From assembly GCA_951406725.2 (NCBI GenBank), contig OX597814.1:211048001-211112000 (forward strand): a stretch of 64,000 bases of DNA, in the 5' to 3' direction. The notes under the pieces were generated by a model. The model was given only the letters and a program-made list of their open reading frames with translations. It did not search any database and had not been told where the DNA came from. The position numbers were made by a program, and so were the translations under genes. Below are positions 44,801 to 57,203 of the stretch, piece after piece (positions within the stretch are counted from its first letter, which is position 1; each line of letters opens with the position of its first letter). Source of the stretch: Octopus vulgaris. Taxonomy: Eukaryota.

Positions 44801-46070
44801 GATACAATTAGATTAGTTATGATTCTCTGAACAAAATATATGTAAACTATGGTAACATAAACTATTCTTCATCGAATTTCGATTAAAAATATTGCATTAA
44901 AAATATTAATACTCTTTCATAACATAATAAATATTTAGAAGTATGGTGCGACTTTTATGTTTCCTGAAAAAGATGAACGAAAGGAATTAGTTTAGACAGA
45001 GTACTGAAATGTATGCTACTTTCTCTATAATGTTCTCATAAAAGGACACCATAAAATTAATATTACCTAATGCGAACAATCTCAACAGATAGGTAAACAC
45101 TTGTATAGTATATAAAGAATTGAAGATAAATATATACTAATACTTGTTACTAAAATAAAAGATCTATGTTCGATACAAAACAGGAATATTTATCTATTTG
45201 AATATAATTTAAAAGAATGAGAACGTTAAATTACCTGATATATTTCATATCCAAAACAATTGAAAATGTAACATCTATTAAAATATCGAAGTTTGTGTAA
45301 ATATACATAAGACATTTTGTTAGAAATATGTTCCGCATTTTCGTTCATTATATTTACTGAATAATCTTCATAAGTTTTAGATAACGCAATGGCAACGTAT
45401 CAAATCGCATTATATTCTTATAATGACAGGAAACATATTACAATGAGTCACCTATTTCTGGGACGATATTTTACGTCATATTGACAATTGTTATTTGAAA
45501 GGTAGATTATATACAAGATGGCATGGTTTACTTCAAACAGAAGCACTAATTTGTGGTATATATTTTGTATAACCTTCATCTTTATAAAGTTACCTTATCA
45601 ATTTTCACGGTGAACATATCAAAAATGAGACTTGCATTATAATGAAATTTGTTTTCATTAATTATGTGTTTGAATATTAGTAATATATTAACTATATCAA
45701 CAATGAGTAAAATTGTCGAGGTATATAACAATACAATATTAGTTTAGCGATTAATTCTATGAACCAATGAATGTTGAAAGCTTACGCTAGCCATAACTGG
45801 AATTTGAACTCAGAACGGAGACAGGAATAGATAAAGCAATAAAATTTATGTACAGTATTATTACAAACATTGTACAGTATTGTTGCAAACTATACTGCCA
45901 GAACATTTTTATGAATATCATTTCGATTAGAAATTCGTTTGATACATAATAGTACATAATCTCCATGATGTCTGCTGGAGTTGCATATCATTTCATATTT
46001 AAAATTGCGGTATTATTTGTAATCATATGTTTATCGTCGGATATTTTCCAGAGGGTGTTATATATATATA

Positions 46071-46221
46071 GATTTCTTTACTACCCACAGGGTGCTAAAC
46101 ACAGAGGGGATAAACAAGGACAGACAAACGGATTAAGTCAATTACATCGACCCCAGTGCGTAACTGGTACTTGATTTATCGACCCCGAATGGATGAAAGG
46201 CAACGTCGACCTCGGCGGAAT

Positions 46222-46225
<4 letters not shown>
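46071..46225 (-). mobile_element. SINE family B, 5'-truncated
   Basis: Reverse complement of the 32261-32473 core and tail. Confidence 0.88.
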
Positions 46226-46261
<36 letters not shown>

Positions 46262-46267
<6 letters not shown>

Positions 46268-46390
46268 TTTGTAGAAGGAGCTTCTACAGGACTAGTCCTG
46301 TAGAAGCTCCTTCTATAAAATAAATTACTTTACTCTGCAATGTATTGAGTACTTTATTTACTGTGGCTAACCCCGACTCAACCCGGGACC
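46262..46390 (+). mobile_element. Small fold-back element in (TA)n: 64-bp palindrome 46262-46325 (centre ACT|AGT) plus tail
   Basis: ATTTATTTTGTAGAAGGAGCTTCTACAGGACT|AGTCCTGTAGAAGCTCCTTCTATAAAATAAAT; AATAAA at 46319. Confidence 0.8.
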
Positions 46391-46596
46391 TATATATATA
46401 TATATATATCAGTAAATAAGTTGAAAATGCACAGAGAATATATTAGTATTAATTAGAATTTAATTAAGTTTTATAGTATTGGAATGCACTAAAAAATTAT
46501 GAAACGCTTCATGAACTTGTAAGTGTGACACGCAAATTCGTGAAGCTTTCCACATTTTAAAATGTAGTGTTCTAAATTTTGAAATATAATTAAATA

Positions 46597-48155
46597 TTAG
46601 GTTGTTTTATATGAAATGTTGTATCTGAAAGGTAACGATGAATTTAAAAAGAAATTCATCTTTTGCTGTGTTAAATTGTCTGAATGCTTAAATTACGTCT
46701 TCTATATCTAAGAATGTTTTATTGCTTATGAAAAGTTCAGAATGCTTAAATAAGGGCCGATCAGTAGGAGAGATAACAGAGTAATAGAGAGGATGTTGCA
46801 AAATCTCAAAATTCAGGCTTTGTAACTTTTTGACCGTAGCTTAAGAAGTGTGAGGACGTGCATTGTTGTGGAGCAAAATTGAGCCATCTCTATTCACTCG
46901 TCTGAGTTGCTTCTTTTTCAAATTCTCATGCATACAATTTCCTGGCAATACTGTGTTACCGTTACCGTTTTTCCTTGTTGTAGAAATGAATAAGGAATAA
47001 CTTCCTTCGCAGATCAGAATACATTGACCACTAACTTTTAGGGTGCGATGGTGGGTTTTGGTTATTGTCTAGATACATCTCCTGCATCTAATCAGTGTCC
47101 TGTTCTCCTTGCTGCTGTCAAAGTGTGTCCATTTCTCATCACAAGTAATGGTTTTATGCAAAAGAGTCTTTTTTCCAGCCGAGAAAACCATAAGGAGCAC
47201 ACATTGAGGCGTCTGTGTTTTTGAATCTTGTTCAGTTGATGTGGAACAAACTCTCTTTTCTCTCTTTTACTTGTTTCAGTCATTTGACTGCGGCCATGCT
47301 GGAGCACCGCCTTTAGTCGAGCAAATCGACCCCGGGACTTATTCTTTGTAAGCCTAGTACTTATTCCATCGGTCTCTTTTGCCGAACCGCTAAGTGACGG
47401 GGACGTAACACACCAGCATCGGTTGTCAAGCAATGCTAGGGGGACAGACACAGACACACAAACAGACACACACATACATATATATATATATACATATATA
47501 CGACAGGCTTCTTTCAGTTTCCGTCTACCAAATCCACTCACAAGGCATTGGTCGGCCCGGGGCTATAGTAGAAGACACTTGCCCAAGATGCCACGCAGTA
47601 GGACTGAACCCGGAGCCATGTGGTTGGTTAGCAAGCTACTTACCACACAGCCACTCCTGCGCCTATCCGTTTTCTTAACTTTTCCAATTTTTTTACATGT
47701 ATCCAAAAACAGTTGTCTGAGATGTCTGGAATTCTGACGAATGTTTTCGAACCTTTGTTCTCAGACTTTGTTCAACCAAAGCATTTAATCCATCATGCCG
47801 AATAACTGATTTTAGCTTAATTCTTGCTTTATTTTCATGGCGATTATCTCTTAAACGAGAGTTTTCGTACTCTCTCTGAACAGTTCTGATATCACCAAAA
47901 CCATTATCAAAGGCCCGCTTAATTTTCTGTAGAGCTTCGGCGGCAGAGTGACCCAGTTTGTACTGATACGAGAAAATCCCTCAACATAGTTGGTAGTTAT
48001 CATTTTCATAAGGTTTGTGGGCACGAATTTTGTATACCAATATTGTTGTGTGGGATGGGGATACACGATTAAATGCAAGGTATACCTAATTGTGTTTTTA
48101 CGAGATGCGAATAAGAAATAATTAAAAATGCGACATTTCATGTGCAACAACCTAA
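46597..48155 (-). mobile_element. Decayed mariner transposon (TTAGGTTG-type TIRs, TA TSD)
   Basis: TA|TTAGGTTGTTTTATATGAAATGT ... ACATTTCATGTGCAACAACCTAA|TA; ILLHNNARPHTS on the minus strand ~46845-46880. Confidence 0.8.
47252..47663 (-). mobile_element. SINE family C, full length, inserted in the mariner
   Basis: GGCGCAGGAGTGGCTGTGTGG head; near-identical to 6520-6928. Confidence 0.9.
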
Positions 48156-50148
48156 TATTAATTATACATTAATTAATTCTAATATATTATCTGTGCATTT
48201 TCAACTCCATTTCTACAATACCATCACTTACATAGATTAACAACAATTTATATATATATATATTTATATATATATATATAAGTATATACATTTATATATG
48301 TATATTTATATGTACATATACATACAAATATATACATGCAAAAAGATATTTCTTCCTTTTTATCTTTGTCTCTCAAACTCTCTGTATGTATGTATATATC
48401 TCTCTCTCTATATATAGATAATTAAAATACAATAGACTAAATAAAAATAATTCAATGCGATATCCAAATAATATGATATGCAGTCTCTTTCCTGGGGGAG
48501 AATCAATGGATATGTAATGAACATATATAAACAGTGGCATTAATAAATTTATAGCGATAATACTAGCTCCTGCAGATGGAAAATATTATTTACCATTAGG
48601 GATGATTTGAGAACGCTCAAATTCGAAAATAAACGATAGAATCCAATTCAAGCATACATATGGAGATAGAATGTCCATACCTATTTAATGTTAGATGCTC
48701 ATTTACTATAATTATCCAATATGAATAATAACTGCACTGATATTAAACACGGTAACAAAAAAGAAGTAAAATGGTAAAATTGACTCTGTAATATTTTCCT
48801 CTTTAATTGGAAACATGTTCCTATAAAATAGCATACGTGCCATACATTATATATTGCATCAATTAGAATGTACATTTCGCTGTAGTGGTTTCAATAATAA
48901 AAAAAAATACTGTAAATAACAGATATGTCATCATTGAAGATTTATGTGTTTTAAAATAATACAAAATGAATGAAAAAAATAAATTATAGATCGTAAATGC
49001 TAAACTCACCAATGTTATAATGTTTATGTTAAAAGAATGCCAATCTGTCTTAAAACACTCATAAAATAATGCATCTGTATTTAATTTATGTAGCATATTT
49101 ATTTTGTATGGCAGGTGTTTTACAGGTTTATTATACACGTATTTATGTATAAGTGTCATGCCTTTTATGTGTTCGCGTGATATGTGAGTGTGTGAATGTG
49201 TAAGTGTGCAATGATCTGATAATGTATGTTTTATAAATTCATCAGCGTTAGAACACAGTATTTATCTAAATTGTATAAATGCATTGTGTTATAAGCAGTA
49301 TATATGCATGTACATGCGTTTGTATATGTGTGCGTGCGTGCGTGCGTGTATTCAGAGAGAGAGAGAGAGAAGGGAGCGATCGAGCGAGAGAATCTGCCTC
49401 CAATGACATCAGACCTGGAGTTCCGTTACTCTCCTTCACGTCTTACATATTTGGCTTTTCCAAAGCGTTGTGACAGGAATGAATTAGAAGTAATCTGTGC
49501 GAAAACCGTCAGGGGAATGCATGATAGGGTCAACTCTATTAAATACTTTGTCACACCGACTGAGCTTCGAATTCAGATCAGCGAATATGGCACCAATGGG
49601 AATATTTGCCAATTTCATGTTAATCTAAAATGTTTTTCTTTTGATGGAAGAAATATATGGTCAGGAATAAGAAACATATGATATACATTAGTTTTTAGCA
49701 TCATACTCGTTTGAGATATCTTTGGGCGAAGAAGAGTACTCAATACCGGTAGAGGGGGGGTTAGATCTGCTGTGGTAAATGAGTACTCAATACTCAATAC
49801 TGTGTTGGGTAGATCTGCAGTGGTAAATGAATAATACCTTAAATCAGTGTTTCTCGGATTTTTCGTACCAAATGGTAATATCGTCCACCTGTCGCCCACC
49901 TGTGTAAAAGAAAATCCCTGACACAACCCCACGCCAACACAAAATCCCCTCGCAAAACATCCCCTTGTATTACTCATGAATACTGTCCTGGTGTTATATG
50001 GGCCGCATATCTTTTGTATCTTTTTGGAGAGGCCTTTCACAAAGGGTATACAGACTGGACAGTTTATCAGTTTCATCCCCTCTTTTCTTCATATTTGGAG
50101 TGGATAGTATGATTTCGGGGTAGTTGTTGCATAATAGATTGCTATTGA

Positions 50149-50415
50149 GTGGTTGTATACTGTCAACTTAACGTGACAGTCCTGTGAGGTAATTACACCA
50201 CCGCTGTTTAGCCCTAGGAAGCATCGACGCTTCCTGTCGGCCTTGACACATTTCCTGTGTCTTATATATTTACGAAGGGGAGACAAATACCCCCAACAGC
50301 TAGGCCTGCATCTAGAGACATGCAGGTTTCTGGGTCTTTGCCCATCATCGGTCTAGAGTAACAGAGGCCTGCTAGCTGAAGATATCTTTCTAGACTTCGT
50401 AAATATATATATTTA
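50149..50415 (-). mobile_element. ~267 bp structured retrozyme-like insertion carrying a hammerhead ribozyme
   Basis: CTATTGA duplicated at 50142-50148 and 50416-50422; removal restores the PLE frame EEMININSNLLCNNYP; multiple hairpins. Confidence 0.7.
50312..50356 (-). ncRNA. Type I hammerhead ribozyme, variant core CCGAUGA, GUC cleavage site
   Basis: ctaga-CCGATGA-tggg caaaga ccca-GAAA-c ctgcat g-TC-tctag. Confidence 0.78.
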
Positions 50416-50743
50416 CTATTGATGTTGATCATTTCTTCGTGGTGTGTATCCCGATCACTACTTATATTCTTTGCACGATGTCTTAGGCACTGAGAAATCC
50501 TTCACTTTAAACTATATGAATGGTGGGAATTGAAGTTTAGGTTTCGTCCAGTGAAAGTCGGTTTGCGGGATACGGATGTCCTGAATCCATACTTGGTGCG
50601 TGTTATCAATACATCCAGGAATGCTAGCTGATTGATTTTTTCTTTTCCATTGTGAACTGTATGGATGGCTTTATTGAGTTCACATAATAATAACATCGAA
50701 AAATTCCTTAGGAATGCGAAACCAGGTTCGAAATCTCCTCAAA

Positions 50744-50787
50744 ACACCTGATGAATGCTGGAGCGTATATCAGCCGAAACGTTGTGT
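50744..50787 (+). ncRNA. Minimal type I hammerhead ribozyme (PLE-type), canonical core
   Basis: acac-CTGATGA-at gctg gagcgtatat cagc c-GAAA-cg-TT-gtgt. Confidence 0.82.
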
Positions 50788-50859
50788 CAACAACAAATAA
50801 GATGAGAACAAATATCCGTCAAATGTAAGCAATGCAATGTTGTGCGATGCAATGAACCC

Positions 50860-51145
50860 GTCATTGTCCTGTTTAATAGTTTCCTGGAGTAGCATCTTCA
50901 ATGTTTTTATTTGCTTCTTCATGGAAGAGTTCAGTTGTCAAAAGTATGATAATGGCGTGTCTTTCTTGTCAGAATGCTTTGCAACAAAGTGATACTTCAA
51001 GCGTAAAGGTTTCATTGCTTTGTTGGTAAATGTTTAATGGCAAGGAAGGCACATTGGTAACTGACAATTCTGAGGAGAGAAAATAAATCCAAACGATAAA
51101 TAATCTCTACCGTACTGTCGACAAATTTTCTTTACTGGAGGCATC
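50860..51145 (-). pseudogene. hAT (Buster/Charlie-like) transposase N-terminal BED-finger remnant
   Basis: KKICRQYGRDYLSFGFIFSPQNCQLPMCLPCH*TFTNKAMKPLRLKYH. Confidence 0.7.
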
Positions 51146-53970
51146 AGTAAAGTGAAATGTGAAAACGAATTCCTACAGGCGGCGAATTTGAATTCTATAC
51201 GCAGGACTTCATACGATGTTGCCAACAAAACAAATTGTGGTAGAGCGTGATTTAAAGCCTAGGCCTATTTGGCTGCTATTTTTGTGTGTATGTGTGTATA
51301 TAAATACATATTGGAATACTTTTGCTCTTCATTTTCACTTTGCCTCTACTTTCAAATACCTAAAAATAGCAGATGCGTTATTTAGGTTTTGTAACGATTA
51401 GAATTTAACGTTGTTATCCTGGAAATAGGTATCGTAAATTTACAGATGGTTACTCGTATTGCTTCCTGCAAACTAGAAACAATCGTAAAAACAACATAAC
51501 TTCTATAGTTTATAAATACCATAAAATTAACATACTGCAGTGATATTTGATTGAGTATTACATCAAGATTTATTATGGTCACCTACTGATCCCCTCTCAT
51601 ATTTACATACTCTATAAAATGTTATATATAAGTGCAACAAGTATGTCTCACTTATCTATCCACGGAACGAAGTTTAATATCCTCTTCATTTATAAACAAA
51701 TAATCCTTGAAAAGTAGCCTTATTTCGGGATTAGGTGAACCATCTATTATCAGCGCCTCTTCCCAACTTGTTATTAATTTGGTGAAAGGAAATAAAAAAA
51801 AAATGTTTTGCATCTGTCGATAGATGGAGACATAGTCGTAATAATCAATAATCACCTTAAAACTGACAGCCGAGAAGTATGTTAAAGTTTTTTTTAATGG
51901 GATGCGAAGATATTAGAAGTAAAACTGTTTATCTAAACATCAAAGTAGTAGTTTAGAAATGTGGGGTAAGCGCTACATGGAATCCGTTTATATTGGTTTA
52001 GGAAACTTCTATGAAATGATTGAGAAATAGGCCGAGAATTTAACAGGTGCTATAACAGGTTCCCCTATGCAAATATTGAAGTTCAATGCATACTCGTAGA
52101 GTATAACTTAGATCTCATCATAGTGCCTGTCTCTATGGACAAGATATGCATAGAATATTGGTTTTTTTAGGAGAATGACTATGTTCTTTTATGAAGAAGA
52201 TTCGAAGATTTAAGATACTATTTTGCTATTTGTAGAAGAGATTCTTGTAATACATTTTAGTAAATAATATGTAGGCAGTTCACTGGATCCAAATCAAATA
52301 TGGTACGAATGATAACTAAAGACGCGTGGTTATAATGATTGATTTTAAGTGAAAATAGCAGTGCTGGATCTATAGTATTTCCTTTTCTTTTTACTCTAGC
52401 AACCCATTAAATGATGTAACACGAAACGCGTTATAATTGCTTATTCTCTATTTCAGAGGAAATAATATCTGTTTAGTATGTATAATCCTTTGGAAGGGTG
52501 CAATAAATATCTAGCAAATGTTTCATGGGATTTGTAATTTCCTCTTGGTAGCATCATGAGTAAAGGCAAAAATATTTTCATTCTACTTATTTCCAAACAT
52601 CAAAAGAATTTAGTTGGAGATGAGCATCGAAAATCACTTTCGTTCTGATCAGGAAGTGTCTATTTTAGCAGAAAGCTAAATTAACATAGTCAATTTTCCT
52701 CAAATGATACTATATATAGAAAGAAAAGAAGGTGGATTTACTTGCGGGGTATACAGCTACATAGAAAATTTATAGTAGCAGTTTTATTGCAATGAAATAA
52801 ATACGTAACGATATTTAGTTTTACCCCTTACATCGTCAGTTCAAATCGTGCCAAGATCACTAAAATTTTATGAGTGATGTAGTGATGTCGATTCCAATTT
52901 ATAGTTTTGTAGCTATTTGCAAAATGTGTTATTAAAGCATGACATTATCCGTGGTGGAAGATGTACAAAATGCACTAAATAAACTATAACCTTATACAAA
53001 TACACGGAAACGATTAAAGCTTCTTATGCAATGAATGACAACTTAATCTTTTGACTGATGATGTGTGTGTAGACAAACACAGACATCGGAATGGAAAGCA
53101 AATGACGTAAATTGAAATTTGTTTCTGCTTTTCCAAGATTAATGACGTGTACTAATTGATATTGACGTAATTACATAAATAATTATGTTGGCTGAAAATG
53201 CCTTCAATTACACACATAGAATTTAAAACAACAAAATTCATTAAAGTCAATTCCGTCGAAGACCAATATGCAGAAGGTGCAATCTTTTGTGGGATCACGA
53301 ACACAAAGATACATACAAATAATAACATAGTTAGTGCGTTAAACAAATTTGTCTAGATTCAATTAGCCCTCGGCGATAAAACATGGGGTGTTTATTGATA
53401 TGTATATCATGTTAATTAAGGAATCCGATAACGTTTGCCGTCCATACGTATAAGAATAGCCTCAAACGAATGTGAACACTAATAAGATAATTATTTCAGA
53501 TAAAGAACAACTAATTAAGACATGACAAATGCATAGACAAACTCATTTGCACATTAAATAAAATCGATAAACAACTCGAAACAGAATATTAACAAATGTT
53601 AAGAATGTATTATTAGTCTTTTCCACTTAATAATGTGTAACGCAAAAGATCATATGGTTACGAATAAAGATTAGGAAATAACGTGAAGCAATAGGACATA
53701 CTGAAATATCATTATCTCCACCAGTTATTGCTTCTAGTTTTTGTTGGGAAATAGGATAAGGTCTTAATTATTAAATGTTCAAACAGCAAGGGTAATATAT
53801 CTTATATCAGTAGTGTGCTCATTCAGAGTTCGTCAACCAAACAGCCGACGAAGTAATAAATCATCTAATTTATCGATCGACCTACCTGTGTCCTCATGTA
53901 TATCGATACACATACATAAATGCACATATACCTACATATGTGCGTATATGAATATATACATGTACGTGTA

Positions 53971-54032
<62 letters not shown>

Positions 54033-54043
54033 TTTGTGTGTAT

Positions 54044-54099
<56 letters not shown>

Positions 54100-54499
54100 A
54101 TACATATGTATTATATATGTGTGTCCATATATACGTGTGTATATATAAATATAAATAAATATGTATGCAGAGAGAGCGAGAGACAGACACACAGACAGAA
54201 GCAGAGTAAGAGGGAGTGCACAGAAAAGAGATGGCGAGGAAGAGATGTAGTCGTACGATAACTGATACCATGTAATTAGAGTTATCTAAACAAGATAGAT
54301 GCTACCAATTTACTTGATAGCTGAATTGAATACACAATGACGCTTTACATAAGGATATCCGATAGGATAAGGTCATCATTGGAAATTAATAAAACCGATC
54401 GTACAGTGTTGATCGTTCTCATCACTACTATTTGATACTCATTAGCAAATATTACGTAGAAGTCTGAAGTGACGTAAATAAAACATCACAGCCTATCAG

Positions 54500-54785
54500 A
54501 ACATATTTGTTTCCTGTCAAAACGGTATCCAAACTCTGGAAGAATTGGTAGTCTGTGGGGGCAAGATCAGGTGAGTATGGTGGATGATAGACATCTTATA
54601 ATCCAATTCCCATAGTTTCGTCAATGTCATTTTTGCGATGTGTCGTCTGGCGTTGTCTTGCAATAAAATAGGAGGGGATCTGTTGATTAATCGAGGCACT
54701 TTTTGTAAGATTCTGCATCATTTGTGTCAGCTGTAAACTTCCGCTGTGATTGATGAGCCAGGTTTAATGAAACCATAACGAGGTG
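54500..54785 (-). pseudogene. mariner (DD34D) transposase fragment
   Basis: PILLQDNARRH and, after a frameshift, PYSPDLAPTDYQFFQSLD. Confidence 0.85.
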
Positions 54786-54949
54786 GAATAAAGAAATAAA
54801 TGTGTCAGCTTTCTAACAAATAATAAAGATTTTCAAAATATAATAATGGCGCAAAATGAGCAGCTGTCAAAATTTACCATTTACCTTACAATAAACATCA
54901 CACTTATACCCCCCCCCTTCGGTGCTCTAACACTTCATCCATTGCATTT

Positions 54950-55395
54950 GCCGGTGTATGTTGGTACTACGCCCCCTTTACTTCGTATTCTCACTCATTT
55001 CCGGTATAGTAGCCAGTGAAGGTTTTTGACAAGCACTAACTATGCAAGTCACGTTTTCGACCCTCTTCTCACATATTCTAGTGAGGTTCTTTGCACTTGT
55101 GTGGTACATATCCACGGAGTCGGTATTCAATGCCTGATCCTGGACAGCGATGATTAGGCTTTCGGTCTTCTTTTTAAGGTTACCCTTGCTGAGTTAACTC
55201 CATGATGCTTCCTGATATTTTAAGTTGTTAATTTCGTGTTGGAACAGACCATAAAATTCCATGCGGAGTAAACTTACATCTCTTTCGTTCTCTATTCGTA
55301 ATCGGAATCAATTAGCACACTCAATGCATTCCTGGTAAATCCTTCTGCGTTAGTAGCATAGGGTAGCAGGTCTTGTTTGCTGCGTACCAAATACT
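54950..55395 (-). pseudogene. Old R4/Dong-like LINE fragment
   Basis: SW S*LSKGNLKKKTESLIIAVQDQALNT, homologous to WLMASGLKSETEGFIIAAQDQCLPT in the intact element. Confidence 0.75.
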
Positions 55396-55426
55396 CTTCC
55401 ATTATTATCATCATTGTTGATATATT

Positions 55427-55444
55427 CTTCTTCTTCTTCTTCTT

Positions 55445-55518
<74 letters not shown>

Positions 55519-55532
55519 CATTATTATTATTA

Positions 55533-55578
<46 letters not shown>

Positions 55579-55592
55579 CATTATTATTATTA

Positions 55593-55647
<55 letters not shown>

Positions 55648-55685
55648 CATTATTATTATTATTGTTATTATTATTATTATTGTTA

Positions 55686-55722
<37 letters not shown>
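55427..55722. repeat. (TTC)n-(TAT)n microsatellite
   Basis: Direct inspection. Confidence 0.95.
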
Positions 55723-55990
55723 GTTTTTTTTCTTTCTTTCTTCAAATTTTCTTCCGTTTCTCGCCGAGTGTTTTCCATACACCTAGGGCAGAGAAGGGCA
55801 TTGTATGCATTCCCAGATTACACGGGCAAATTCACAGATAAAATATGTATTTAAAAATTAATGAATAAATAAATTCATGGATGGATGTATTTTCACAGCG
55901 ATAATGCCCTTCTCAGTACATGAGCCGTTCCAGTTAATACGATTTTTTGCACTTCCTGTAGGGATGGTAAACCTGGAATCATTTTCAAAT
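55723..55990 (-). mobile_element. 5'-truncated 3' end of a second Dong-like family in (TAA)n
   Basis: 55988-55893 translates LKMIPGLPSLQEVQKIVLTGTAHVLRRALSL*, compare LTQIPGNPKMAEVQKIVLMGTAHILRKILSM*; (TAT)n on both sides. Confidence 0.88.
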
Positions 55991-55995
55991 TATTA

Positions 55996-56057
<62 letters not shown>

Positions 56058-56562
56058 GAAATTAAAATAATGCTTTCATAATATCCAAATTACCAATGGC
56101 TTTATGCCAAAAATGCTGAACAATTTCAGCAACCATCAGAAGCAGCTGAAACAAACGCTATGGTGTGGTGTTCTGTAAGTGGAGGTGTGAGTTTGTCTCA
56201 TCCGTAACTTGTAAAACACCGGGCACTTGAAAAACACCGGTACGAATATCAGTGGGGAAAGAATAACCGATGTGAATTCAAGGGATGTGAATATATTGTT
56301 CACTGAATTTATGCATTTTCATATATACCAAAATGTACCACTCCGGTAATTAAGATATTTGCTTACAATTTGTGTTTGGCGTGAGTTGACAGCTTGATGC
56401 GGTAGATTGCCAAAGGTGTGGGGATAGGGTGTCTTGTGTGGAAGTAATTTCAAACTGTGTGGTAGTGTACATGTCGGTGTATTCGAGATTTCATTTGTCA
56501 AATATTTCTGTACCATATCATATACCAATTCAGACTGCACTGAAAAAAAATACTAACGCGGG

Positions 56563-57171
56563 AAATTCGGTAAATTTTGATCCATTCACCCGCACGATTT
56601 TCACTTAAAAAAAAAAAAAACTCAGATATTTTGAGTGGAATCAAGTACCCTGACGTTATAAAGTGCTGCGAACTCCTTATTTTTGTTTGGAAGAAAGCGG
56701 GGTGGACTCCCCTGCCCCATATCCCGGAATCATTGGAATTTTTATTTTATTTCGTTGAATGAATCCCGGTGACATCCTAATATGCTACAAAGCCCATTTC
56801 TTGGGTCTGGAAAACGGGGTGGGGCGAGGTGGAAGCCTCAGAAATTTCACAACGCACCCCCATTGATCTTTTCACCTGTACGATTTTCACTAAGAAAAAC
56901 TTGGAATTTTTGTAGGGAATCAAATACCCTGATCTCATAATATGCTGCAAACCCCTTATTTGTGTTCAGAAAAAAAAGGGTGGTCGGGAAGCCGGAACAC
57001 TCACTCACCATCTCTCTCTCTGTCTCTCTCTGTCTCTCTCTCTGTCTCTCTCTGTCTCTCTCTCTGTCTCTCTCCCCCTATACAAAAACAAATTTCGGCG
57101 CCAGAAATTGCAAAAAGAAACTCTATTTTTGGTGCAGAAATGTTTCCTTTTTGTGTGTGTGTGAGAGGAGA

Positions 57172-57203
<32 letters not shown>

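Larger units (their letters stand above)
46410..48248. mobile_element. Older fold-back element in (TA)n, split by a mariner insertion
   Basis: AGTTGAAAATGCACAGAGAATATATTAG (46419) mirrored by CTAATATATTATCTGTGCATTTTCAACT (~48179-48206); inner palindrome GCTTCATGAA...TTCGTGAAGC around 46525. Confidence 0.6.
49960..50835 (-). mobile_element. Poseidon-type Penelope-like element fragment (RT thumb/linker) with inverted terminal repeat segment at ~50660-50835
   Basis: EKINQLAFLDVLITRTKYGFRTSVSRKPTFTGRNLNFNSHHS, CLRHRAKNIS, LLCNNYP, VCIPFVKGLSKKIQKIC; plus-strand HHR upstream of the ORF fragment, as in inverted pLTR arrangements. Confidence 0.85.
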
